The notes under the pieces were generated by a model. The model saw nothing but the letters and a program-made list of their open reading frames with translations, was not told where the DNA came from and did not search any database. From assembly GCF_000317615.1 (NCBI RefSeq), contig NC_019780.1, positions 1,167,840 to 1,199,839 on the forward strand: a DNA stretch of 32,000 bases, in the 5' to 3' direction. A program made the translations under genes and the position numbers. The DNA comes from Dactylococcopsis salina PCC 8305 (lineage in GTDB: Bacteria > Cyanobacteriota > Cyanobacteriia > Cyanobacteriales > Rubidibacteraceae). How positions within the stretch are numbered: position 1 is the first letter of the stretch; each line of letters starts with the position of its first letter. Shown here in pieces: positions 1 through 7,518 of the stretch.

Positions 1-1190
1 TGGCGATGTATTTAGCAGGTTGTGCGTCACTGGCGAGGGGATTTGCTTATTTAGAGCCTTATTCTGTTGTGAAAGCGCAGGGATTATTCCGACAGTTGGA
101 AACCTCCCATAGTTCAAAAGGCGATCGAGCGGATGTGTATTTAGAGGAGTCCATTTGTGCGCTACTGCTAGGGGAAACGGAACAGGCGATCGAGTTGATG
201 GAGAAAAGCCAAGAAACCGACTCGATCGAGCAGATACAGACTTATGCCGCGCAAGCAGAGGAGTCTCCTGATCTGCTTCTGGGATTATGTCAATATGCGA
301 AACAGTGGTTAGAGTCTTTTCTCTTCCCAAAATTCTTGGATGTGGCGAATCAAAAGGCAAACTTAAAAGACTATTTTGCTAGTGAGTCGGTACAGCAAAC
401 CCTAGAATCTTTTCAAGGGGAGGAAATTCCATCGCCAGAACCTGAAACCACCTTTTCTCCTCCTCCAGACTTTCATCGCGATCGCTCTCCAAACACCTCA
501 CCAGACAGGAAACATTCCTCTTCTTGGGAGGATAGACGATCTCATCGTCGTCGGAAAAAGCCTTTACGCTTCCAGTCTCGCACGTCACGGATTATTGGTT
601 TGATTCTGTTAACGGGAGTGGGGTTAAGTGTGATCGCGCTAGTGTTGTTTGGATTTTATCAAGGGGTTAGTGCGTTATGGTCAACTCTCGTTAATCCCAA
701 TAGTAATCGCTCTGAACGTTCCTCGATCGCCCTCGAATTAAATGCGCCGCCAGTTGCGATTCCTACGCCCCAATCTTCGGAAGATGACGCTCGATCGACC
801 CTTAACCGTGCTATTGGGGAACAAATCGTCCGCACTTGGTTAAGCAGTAAAGCACAAGCATTAGGCTCTCAAAATCAAGCCTCTGCTTTAGCAGAAATTC
901 TCACTGATCCGTTGCTTTCTTCTTGGGAGTTACGTTCTCAAACCTTTGAAAATAATAATACCTATCAACAATTTCGTCACAGCGTCACCATTGAAAGCGT
1001 TTCTTATGCTGCGGAAAATCCCGATCAAGGTGAGGTCATCGCGACAGTGCGCGAAGTGGCTAAATACTACCGCAATGGGAATCAGATTCCCTCTCAATCT
1101 TATGATTCAACTTTAAGAGTGCGTTATGATGTTGTTCGCCAAGACAAAAACTGGCGCATTGAGGACATAACTGTCATTGAAGAATTGTAA
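1..1190 (+). CDS. ARC6/Ftn2(ZipN)-like protein, C-terminal part. It has a single TM segment followed by an IMS/DUF4101-like domain. It is probably truncated at the window edge.
   Basis: The reading frame is open from the window edge, and the first in-frame ATG is at 6. A basic stretch (RRSHRRRKKP) is followed by one hydrophobic helix (IIGLILLTGVGLSVIALVLFGFY). The C-terminal domain ends in VRYDVVRQDKNWRIEDITVIEEL, typical of the ARC6-like IMS domain. No J-domain is present, so the N-terminus probably lies upstream of the window. Confidence 0.6.
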   Translation, partial: AMYLAGCASLARGFAYLEPYSVVKAQGLFRQLETSHSSKGDRADVYLEESICALLLGETEQAIELMEKSQETDSIEQIQTYAAQAEESPDLLLGLCQYAKQWLESFLFPKFLDVANQKANLKDYFASESVQQTLESFQGEEIPSPEPETTFSPPPDFHRDRSPNTSPDRKHSSSWEDRRSHRRRKKPLRFQSRTSRIIGLILLTGVGLSVIALVLFGFYQGVSALWSTLVNPNSNRSERSSIALELNAPPVAIPTPQSSEDDARSTLNRAIGEQIVRTWLSSKAQALGSQNQASALAEILTDPLLSSWELRSQTFENNNTYQQFRHSVTIESVSYAAENPDQGEVIATVREVAKYYRNGNQIPSQSYDSTLRVRYDVVRQDKNWRIEDITVIEEL

Positions 1191-1254
1191 CTTAAAATAC
1201 AATAAAATAGTAACCCAAATCTTATGCACTCCCCCTAACCCACTAGGAGGGATT

Positions 1255-1332
1255 AACCAAATAACCAATAACCAATAACCAATAACCAATAACAAATAAC
1301 CAATAACAAATAACCAATAACAAATAACAAAT
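1255..1332. repeat. STRR-like heptanucleotide tandem array, (AACCAAT/AACAAAT) x about 11.
   Basis: Direct reading gives aaccaat aaccaat aaccaat aaccaat aacaaat aaccaat aacaaat aaccaat aacaaat aacaaat. The array ends 3 nt before the ATG at 1336. Confidence 0.9.
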
Positions 1333-1335
1333 AAA

Positions 1336-2739
1336 ATGACAAAATTAACACCAAATGCCAGCTATAGTCTTGCGATCGAGTTATCGTATCCCAATCAGCC
1401 AGGGATGTTGGCTCAAATCACGAGCGCGATCGCCCAAGCTGGGGGAAATCTCGGTGATATTCTACTCGAAAGTCAGACTCTTAATTTAATTCAACGGCGC
1501 TTGATTGTGGATGCTTATAGTAGTGAACAAGGAGAAGCGATCGTTCAAGCCTTACGAGGGATTCCAGAAGTAAACATCCTCACCGTTTGCGATCGAACCT
1601 TTGAGTTACATCGCGGCGGAAAAATTCGCATCCAGAGTCGCATTCCAGTTAAATCCCAATCTGATCTCGCAATGGCTTACACTCCAGGGGTAGGGAGAAT
1701 CTGTCGCTCGATCGCGCAAAACCCAGAAACCGTTTATTCTCTCACCATCAAAGCCAATACCGTCGCCGTTGTCACCGATGGCAGTGCCGTTTTAGGATTG
1801 GGGAATTTAGGGGCGGCGGGGGCGTTACCCGTCATGGAAGGAAAAGCCCTGTTATTTAAGGAATTTGCCGATATTGATGCCTTTCCCATCTGTTTAGACA
1901 CCCAAAACCCAGAAGAAATTATCACTGCGGTGAAACAGATTGCCCCCGTTTTTGGTGGCATTAACTTAGAGGATATCAGTGCGCCGCGTTGTTTTGAAAT
2001 TGAACAGCGTTTAAAACAAGCGTTAGATATTCCCGTTTTCCATGACGATCAACATGGCACAGCAATTGTTGTTTCCGCCGCGCTATTTAATGCCCTCTCT
2101 CTCGTCAAAAAAGCGCTTGCTGAGGTGAAGATTGTCATCAATGGGGCTGGGGCTGCAGGAATCGCGATCGGGCGTTTATTGAAGCAAGCAGGGGCAAATC
2201 CCGATCAAATCATGCTTTGTGACTCAAAAGGGATTATTTCCAGTCAGCGTGACCATTTAAGCACCGAAAAACAAGAATTTGCCGTCAAAGCAAACGGATC
2301 ATTAGCCGACGCGATGAAAAATGCCGATATCTTTATCGGGGTTAGTGTGCCAGGAATTGTCACCCCAGAAATGGTAAGCTCAATGGCAGTTGAGCCCATT
2401 ATCATGGCAATGTCAAATCCGATCCCAGAAATTCAACCCGAATTAGTGGCGGATCAGGTAGCAGTCATGGCAACTGGGCGTAGTGATTATCCGAATCAGA
2501 TTAATAACGTTTTAGCCTTCCCAGGGATTTTTCGCGGTGCATTGAATTGTAGAGCCTCTGGTATCACTGTTGAAATGTGTTTAGAAGCGGCTCGCTCGAT
2601 CGCGTCTTTAATTTCCCCAGAGGAACTAAATCCTAACTATATCATTCCGTCCGTCTTTGATGAAAGAGTGGTAACAGCAGTTACGGAAGCAGTGGAAAAA
2701 ACAGCAACAAAAGAAGGAATAACCTTATACCATGCGTGA
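1336..2739 (+). CDS. NAD(P)-dependent malic enzyme with an N-terminal ACT-like domain.
   Basis: The 467-aa ORF carries malic-enzyme motifs (AYTPGVGRIC, VVTDGSAVLGLGNLG, FHDDQHGTA, INGAGAAGIA, NNVLAFPGIFRGAL). An N-terminal segment of about 75 aa resembles an ACT domain. Confidence 0.9.
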   Translation: MTKLTPNASYSLAIELSYPNQPGMLAQITSAIAQAGGNLGDILLESQTLNLIQRRLIVDAYSSEQGEAIVQALRGIPEVNILTVCDRTFELHRGGKIRIQSRIPVKSQSDLAMAYTPGVGRICRSIAQNPETVYSLTIKANTVAVVTDGSAVLGLGNLGAAGALPVMEGKALLFKEFADIDAFPICLDTQNPEEIITAVKQIAPVFGGINLEDISAPRCFEIEQRLKQALDIPVFHDDQHGTAIVVSAALFNALSLVKKALAEVKIVINGAGAAGIAIGRLLKQAGANPDQIMLCDSKGIISSQRDHLSTEKQEFAVKANGSLADAMKNADIFIGVSVPGIVTPEMVSSMAVEPIIMAMSNPIPEIQPELVADQVAVMATGRSDYPNQINNVLAFPGIFRGALNCRASGITVEMCLEAARSIASLISPEELNPNYIIPSVFDERVVTAVTEAVEKTATKEGITLYHA

Positions 2740-3120
2740 ATAATTGGCGCTACACACCATCCCATTATTCCCCCCAATCATCGGGGGGTTAGGGGGGATA
2801 TACTGTTACCTGATTTTTTGAAAATGGTATTAATACCATTTTGGAAAAGTCAAGTTACCTTAAAGCCCCCCAACCCCCCAAGTTTGGGCAGGGCTGTTTC
2901 ATTCTATTTTTTTGCCTTTTCCAGATGTTAGGAATAGCAGGGGTTTTACGGCTTTTTTGTTAAGAAAAAGCCAAAAAGTAAGAAAAAGCGTTCGATCGAA
3001 CGTACAATAAGGGGTTCAGGCGATCGCATTCAATTTTGACCCCGAGAATGAAACAGCCCTGCCAAGTTTGGGGGGCTTAAGTCGTCGATACTGTAGCGCC
3101 AATTCTCCAAAATGGTATAA
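2725..3120. mobile_element. Composite MITE-like repeat cluster bounded by inverted AATTGGCGCTACA ends, with internal G6TTAG6 and CCCCCCAAGTTTGGGGGG modules and one nested MITE.
   Basis: Bases 2724-2776 match the reverse complement of 6989-7041 with about 4 mismatches in 53. The right end ctgtagcgccaatt (3091-3104) is inverted relative to aattggcgctaca (2742-2754). Related modules occur at 5088-5230 and 6755-7059. Confidence 0.75.
2889..3061. mobile_element. MITE family A, copy 1 (173 bp), with perfect terminal inverted repeats CAGGGCTGTTTCATTCT.
   Basis: The ends are cagggctgtttcattct ... agaatgaaacagccctg. It is inserted inside a ccccccaagtttgggggg palindrome, and aagtttg(gg) is repeated on both flanks as a putative target-site duplication. 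A second copy lies at 19541-19771 in the opposite orientation. Confidence 0.85.
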
Positions 3121-3174
3121 CCTTAATTCTGTTTAAAATGATCGATAAGTAAGTTAAATCAAAAATTTAGTCAA

Positions 3175-3456
3175 ATGTCAAAAACAACAGAAATAACCTT
3201 ACAATTACCAACCGAATTACTGGAAACAACTGAAGCCTTAATTAAAGCAGGAAAAGCAAACAGTTTAGATGAGGTTATCACGCAAGCATTGCAACACGAA
3301 ATCAATCAATTAAAGAGTGAACAGCCTTCTTTCAACTCATCTAATGATTTTAATAATGATCCGATTTGGCAACTTGGAAAAAAACCGATTGCAATCGACA
3401 TAACCGATGCTTCAGAAAATCTTGATCAATACCTTTATAATACTTTTTGTAATTAA
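3175..3456 (+). CDS. Small ribbon-helix-helix (CopG/antitoxin-like) protein.
   Basis: The 93-aa ORF has an N-terminus (ITLQLPTELLETTEALIKAGKANSLDEVITQALQHEI) with the beta-alpha-alpha pattern of RHH proteins. The C-terminal tail DPIWQLGKKPI...SENLDQYLY resembles tails of cyanobacterial antitoxin-like proteins. No toxin gene is adjacent. Confidence 0.5.
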   Translation: MSKTTEITLQLPTELLETTEALIKAGKANSLDEVITQALQHEINQLKSEQPSFNSSNDFNNDPIWQLGKKPIAIDITDASENLDQYLYNTFCN

Positions 3457-3522
3457 TTTTAGACAAGCAGGGTTTACGAATTTACCTTAAACATTAATTA
3501 AGAAATCAATAATACACTAACA

Positions 3523-5070
3523 ATGATGGCGCGTAGAGAATTAGAAGAAAAAGCAAGTAAGAGTCATAAAAAAAAGAATAAATGGGTGATCCGCTTTGAA
3601 CAAACAATGGCGTTGATCGCCTTAGTCAATTTAGGTTTAGTTTGTATTGATATTAGTTATATTCCCTTCCGAAACTTCTACTTAAAAGAATTTAGATTAT
3701 TAGTTCAAGGATTAAACTATATTCCCAAATCAGAATTTATTGAAAAATATACTCCGATATTAATTGAAGGTTATCGGCAAATTCCCGACTCGTTTTTAGA
3801 ACAAACTCCTCTTCTCGCCCAAGGCTATGATTATGTTAAAGGAATTAAACCTCATCCCGAAACCGAGGAATATTTACAAACCGTTGAAATTTTAAAACAA
3901 CAAGTTACAAAAACGGGTTTAGCATCTTATCAAACTCAACGGATATTAGAAGATTTACGCCAACAAAGTCTTGAGATTATCCAAAATAATCCCTTTGAAG
4001 TTGCTAACAAAACAGGAACATTAGAAACCATTAAAGATCGGATGCGAAACCAAGTCGGAGTTAATTCTGCAAATCAAGCCTTTCAGGAATTTTGGACATC
4101 TGATTATTTAATTCAAAACGAATACGAAAAACAGATTCAATTTTTTGATCAGAAAATAAATAGCTTAATCGAAACGAATTATTTACGAGGAATTGACCCC
4201 GAAACTGGAGAATTTATCGATCGATTCTGGCTTCTAGACTTACCATTTGTCATTTTATTTGCCATTGAATTTACGGGACGCACTTATTTAATCCACCGCC
4301 GACATATCGGGTTAAGATGGATTGATGGTATGATGTGGCGTTGGTATGATGTATTTTTATTTTTTCCGATCTTTCGCTGGTTACGGATTATTTCTGTCAC
4401 CACACGGGTAGATCAATCCGATTTAATTAATTTAGAATCTGTAAAACGCCAAATTTCTCAAGGATTTGTTGCGAGTATTGCTGAAGATATCACCGAAATT
4501 GTTTTTGTCCGTTTAGTGAATCAATTACAAGGTTCATTGCGTCGGGGAGAACTAAAAAAGGTTATCTCAGAAGCGAATACTAAACAGTACATTGATCTCA
4601 ATGATACGAATGAAGTCGCAGAACTGAGTAAATTATTTGTTCAATTAGCAGTCTATCAAGTTTTACCAAAAATTCGTCCTGATGTGGAAGCGATCGTGCG
4701 TCATAATGTAAGAAAGGTGTTAGAAACATCTCCTGCATTTCAAGGATTAAGACAAGTCCCAGGATTAGAACGGTTTGAAAGCCAACTCACGGAACAATTT
4801 GTCACCTTAGTTTATCAAGTGATTTATGATGCTATTATTGGGGCATTAGAAGAAGACCCCGAAGCGGAAAAACTGATTGAAGAATTAGGAACAAATCTCA
4901 CAACAGTTTTAACCGATGAAATGCAGGGGAAACAAACGATCGAAAAAATGCAGTCTTTACTATTAGATTTATTAGAAGAAGTAAAAGTGAATTATGTAGA
5001 ACGTTTATCGGAGGAAGATGTAGAGGAATTATTAGAACAAACCAGGCGCTTACGTCAAGGTTACAAATAG
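3523..5070 (+). CDS. Membrane protein of unknown function with a voltage-sensor-like S1-S4 arrangement, no pore module, and a long acidic helical C-terminal domain.
   Basis: The ORF is 515 aa. The hydrophobic segments are FEQTMALIALVNLGLVCIDISYIPF (S1-like), FWLLDLPFVILFAIEFTGRTYLI (S2-like, with acidic and basic residues placed as in ion_trans S2) and WRWYDVFLFFPIFRWLRIISVTTRV (S3 Asp plus an S4-like R-x-x-R). There is no GYG-type or other selectivity-filter motif. Confidence 0.6.
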   Translation: MMARRELEEKASKSHKKKNKWVIRFEQTMALIALVNLGLVCIDISYIPFRNFYLKEFRLLVQGLNYIPKSEFIEKYTPILIEGYRQIPDSFLEQTPLLAQGYDYVKGIKPHPETEEYLQTVEILKQQVTKTGLASYQTQRILEDLRQQSLEIIQNNPFEVANKTGTLETIKDRMRNQVGVNSANQAFQEFWTSDYLIQNEYEKQIQFFDQKINSLIETNYLRGIDPETGEFIDRFWLLDLPFVILFAIEFTGRTYLIHRRHIGLRWIDGMMWRWYDVFLFFPIFRWLRIISVTTRVDQSDLINLESVKRQISQGFVASIAEDITEIVFVRLVNQLQGSLRRGELKKVISEANTKQYIDLNDTNEVAELSKLFVQLAVYQVLPKIRPDVEAIVRHNVRKVLETSPAFQGLRQVPGLERFESQLTEQFVTLVYQVIYDAIIGALEEDPEAEKLIEELGTNLTTVLTDEMQGKQTIEKMQSLLLDLLEEVKVNYVERLSEEDVEELLEQTRRLRQGYK

Positions 5071-5087
5071 AGATAAATCGCCGCAAA

Positions 5088-5230
5088 TTCCCCCAAACTT
5101 GGGGGTTAGGGGGCGCACCTATAATTTATTTTCAAAAAGTCAGGTAACAGTTGATCCCCCCAAACCCCCCTTATTAAGGGGGGCTTAGTTGGTCGTTAAT
5201 GTAGCACCAATTATTTAAAATGGTGTAATT
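5088..5230. repeat. Repeat cluster made of a CCCCCAAACTTGGGGG-TTA-GGGGG unit plus the module family ending in AATGTAGCACCAATT.
   Basis: Bases 5165-5230 (ggggggcttagttggtcgttaatgtagcaccaattatttaaaatggtgtaa) align with 3065-3120. Bases 5125-5160 align with 6770-6800 and 2800-2830. Confidence 0.7.
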
Positions 5231-5248
5231 TATTTTTCTGATGATGTT

Positions 5249-6040
5249 ATGTTCTTATTTTTATCAAAATTTCTCCCTTTATTTGTCTATCCACTAGGAT
5301 TAACCACACTACTTTTATTAGGGGGATTAATTCTAGCTTGGAAACGTCCGCAATTGGCATTATTACCAATGGGAATCAGTGTAATTGTAATTTTCCTTGC
5401 TGGTAATGCTTGGGTGAGTTCTCTTTTAGTTCAATCATTAGAATGGCAACAAATCCCTAAAAAAGAATTACCAGAAGCAGAAGCAATTATCTTATTAGGA
5501 GGATCAACAAGAGTTCCCACGCCGCCCCGGAAAACTGTAGAAATAACCGAAGCGGGCGATCGCGTTTTGTATGCCGCCCATCTTTATAAAGAAGGAAAAG
5601 CACCGCTAATTATCGCTACAGGTGGACGAATTACTTGGCTAAAAAATTCGCCTCCAGAAGCAGATAGTATGAAAATTTTATTAACTGAAATTGGTGTTCC
5701 AGAAGAGGCAGTTATAGAGGAAAAACAAGCACTTAATACTTATCAAAATGCCGTTTATACGAAAGAGATTTTAGAACAACGTGGGATTAAGAAATCACTT
5801 TTAGTGACTTCTGCATCTCATATGCCTCGATCGATGCTAGTGTTTAAAAAACAGGATATTAATGTTATTCCAGCCCCCACAGATTTTACCGTTACCCAAC
5901 TAGACTGGGAACAATTACAAAGCACTCCCCAGGTCACAATTTTAAATTTAATTCCTGATGCGGGACGATTGCAGCAAACCACACAAGCACTCAAAGAATA
6001 TATTGGAATTGTTGTCTATTGGTTAAAAGGTTGGATTTAA
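5249..6040 (+). CDS. YdcF/ElyC/SanA family (DUF218) protein with N-terminal TM helices.
   Basis: The ORF is 263 aa with two or three N-terminal hydrophobic helices. The DUF218-type core shows IILLGG...GDRVLYAAHLYKEGKAPLIIATGG...LLVTSASHMPRS. Confidence 0.75.
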   Translation: MFLFLSKFLPLFVYPLGLTTLLLLGGLILAWKRPQLALLPMGISVIVIFLAGNAWVSSLLVQSLEWQQIPKKELPEAEAIILLGGSTRVPTPPRKTVEITEAGDRVLYAAHLYKEGKAPLIIATGGRITWLKNSPPEADSMKILLTEIGVPEEAVIEEKQALNTYQNAVYTKEILEQRGIKKSLLVTSASHMPRSMLVFKKQDINVIPAPTDFTVTQLDWEQLQSTPQVTILNLIPDAGRLQQTTQALKEYIGIVVYWLKGWI

Positions 6041-6663
6041 CCACCAACACTTAAAATCTGTTCCGCCGTTAATTTTAAGTTTGGGAAAGTCGGTGAAATA
6101 ATACTCTGATTTCCTCGGAATTGTTGGATTTGATAATCCCCATCAACCAGAGTACAAATAGAAAGAGTCGGTTGTTTAGGTTTCCCAATGTGTCGAGTTC
6201 CTCCTAAACCGAAATAGTCTGCAATCCAATACTCTGGAATCCCTAAAACGGCATAATCTTCCACTTTACGGGCATAATCATTTTGCCAGTTGTTGCTAAC
6301 AACTTCGGCAACAAATTTAATAGAATTACCAAGAGTGAGGATTGATTGATCCAACCAAAGCGGTTCTTTAGTGAGTTCATTTCGATCGACCACTGCAACA
6401 TCAGGTCTAAAGGCGGTTAAACTAGCATTAAAAGGGCGTAATAATCCTCGTTGTAAGACAAACCAAGGTAAACCCTTTTTCTCAATTTCAACACAGATTT
6501 TAGCAGTAATTAAGGCAGCAACTTCCTCATGGCGACCATTGGATTCCAAATCAAATACTTCTCCATCAATTAACTCATAGCGGTTATCGTCGCCATACCG
6601 ATCGAAAAATTGATCAAAGGTCAATGGCTGCTGTGGGATGATGTGATTAGTTGCAATAGTCAT
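6037..6663 (-). CDS. Uma2 family (DUF820) restriction-endonuclease-like protein.
   Basis: Motifs YELIDGEV, RPDVAVVD, EVVS...D..K...Y...GIPEYWIADY are present. The start is set at MTIATNH (ATG 6663-6661), because the 26 upstream codons of the tracked ORF are encoded by a repeat hairpin. Confidence 0.85.
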   Translation of the reverse strand: MTIATNHIIPQQPLTFDQFFDRYGDDNRYELIDGEVFDLESNGRHEEVAALITAKICVEIEKKGLPWFVLQRGLLRPFNASLTAFRPDVAVVDRNELTKEPLWLDQSILTLGNSIKFVAEVVSNNWQNDYARKVEDYAVLGIPEYWIADYFGLGGTRHIGKPKQPTLSICTLVDGDYQIQQFRGNQSIISPTFPNLKLTAEQILSVGG

Positions 6664-6704
6664 CACTGAAAACCGTTTTTCTTTAAGCCTACTATAGATA
6701 AAAA

Positions 6705-7059
6705 GTAGGTTGGGTAGAGACGTTCCATGGCACGTCTCCACGCGAAACCCAACACAAATTATAATACCATTTTCAAAAAGTTAGGTTACAGTATATCCCC
6801 CCTAATATCAGGTTCGCTCGATCGATGATAAAGAGTAGATAAAGAGTAGGCCCTAGTGAAGCGAAGCGAAACCCAACACACATTATAAGCAATTACCCGA
6901 ACTTGATATAACCCCCCTCTGAAAGACAGTGTATCCCCCCTAACCCCCCTTTGAAAGACAGTGTATCCCCCCTAACCCCCCTTTGAAAGGGGGGAACAAT
7001 GGGATGGTATGTAGCGCCAATTATTCACCCATGGTATAAGTAATTACCTGAACCTGATC
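6705..7059. repeat. Repeat cluster filling the whole spacer. It contains a hairpin element with a CCATGG-centred palindrome, a TIR MITE (ATCAGGTTCG ends), a 32-bp tandem CCCCCCTAACCCCCC unit x2.5, and an AATTGGCGCTACA-ended module.
   Basis: The hairpin is gtaggttgggtagagacgttccatggcacgtctccacgcgaaacccaaca (6705-6754). The unit tatcccccctaacccccctttgaaagacagtg is repeated at 6925-6990. Homologous copies lie at 25708-25810, 27035-27135 and 30180-30307. Confidence 0.8.
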
Positions 7060-7066
7060 TTTAGAA

Positions 7067-7414
7067 ATGGAATTACCAGATATTTCTGTTCGAGAATTTT
7101 TACTTTGGATTTTGGGAAAACGGAAGCGATTTCGGGTGAAAGGAAATTCTATGCTTCCTTTACTTAAACCAGAAGAAGAGGTTTTGATCGATCGAGGCTG
7201 TTATCAAGATTCATTACCAAAAGTGGGAGAGATTGTTGTAGCAAAACATCCGACAAAAAGCGATTTACAGTTAATTAAACGAGTCACCCTTGTATCAGAA
7301 AATGGCAGTTGTTTTCTGATGGGAGATAATCCCGAAGAAAGCACCGATAGCAGACAATTTGGTAAGGTAAATCGAGAACAAATTATTGGTCGTGTTACCT
7401 GTCGGTTTGGTTAA
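7067..7414 (+). CDS. Small S26-family signal-peptidase-like protease (SodX-like, the Ni-SOD maturation protease type).
   Basis: The ORF is 115 aa. It shows the Ser/Lys dyad boxes of signal peptidase I (GNSMLPLL, LIKRV) and box E (GDNPEESTDSRQFG). It has no TM anchor, and its size matches the SodX subgroup. Confidence 0.7.
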   Translation: MELPDISVREFLLWILGKRKRFRVKGNSMLPLLKPEEEVLIDRGCYQDSLPKVGEIVVAKHPTKSDLQLIKRVTLVSENGSCFLMGDNPEESTDSRQFGKVNREQIIGRVTCRFG

Positions 7415-7443
7415 TTTCCCAATCTCTAGTGATTTGAGATTAG

Positions 7444-7468
7444 CCCCCCAACCCCCAAGTTTGGGGGG
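7444..7468. repeat. Isolated CCCCCCAACCCCCAAGTTTGGGGGG palindromic unit between two convergent genes.
   Basis: The same unit family occurs at 2868-2888/3062-3075, 5090-5115, 13201-13224 and 25800-25910. Confidence 0.7.
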
Positions 7469-7518
7469 AAATAAAAAATTATTTCAATCATGGCAGGTTT
7501 TCAGTGTAGGTTGAAGAA

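Noticed and set aside
6664-6741. N-terminal extensions of tracked ORFs: Uma2 (METCHGTSL...), cca at 30019-30108 (MARKYQSPLTPLGKEISIPPNPPLKGGNRI), devA at 13157-13207, and the ABC ATPase at 10331-10357 (TTG start).
   Set aside because: In each case the extra codons are encoded by dispersed repeat units or start at a non-ATG codon. A canonical ATG also precedes the first conserved residues of the family.
7444-7468. The CCCCCAAGTTTGGGGG-type palindromes might be Rho-independent terminators between convergent genes.
   Set aside because: The stem would enclose a loop of only 2-4 nt, and no U-tract follows on either strand. The unit is a member of a dispersed repeat family, so a terminator role is unsupported from sequence alone.
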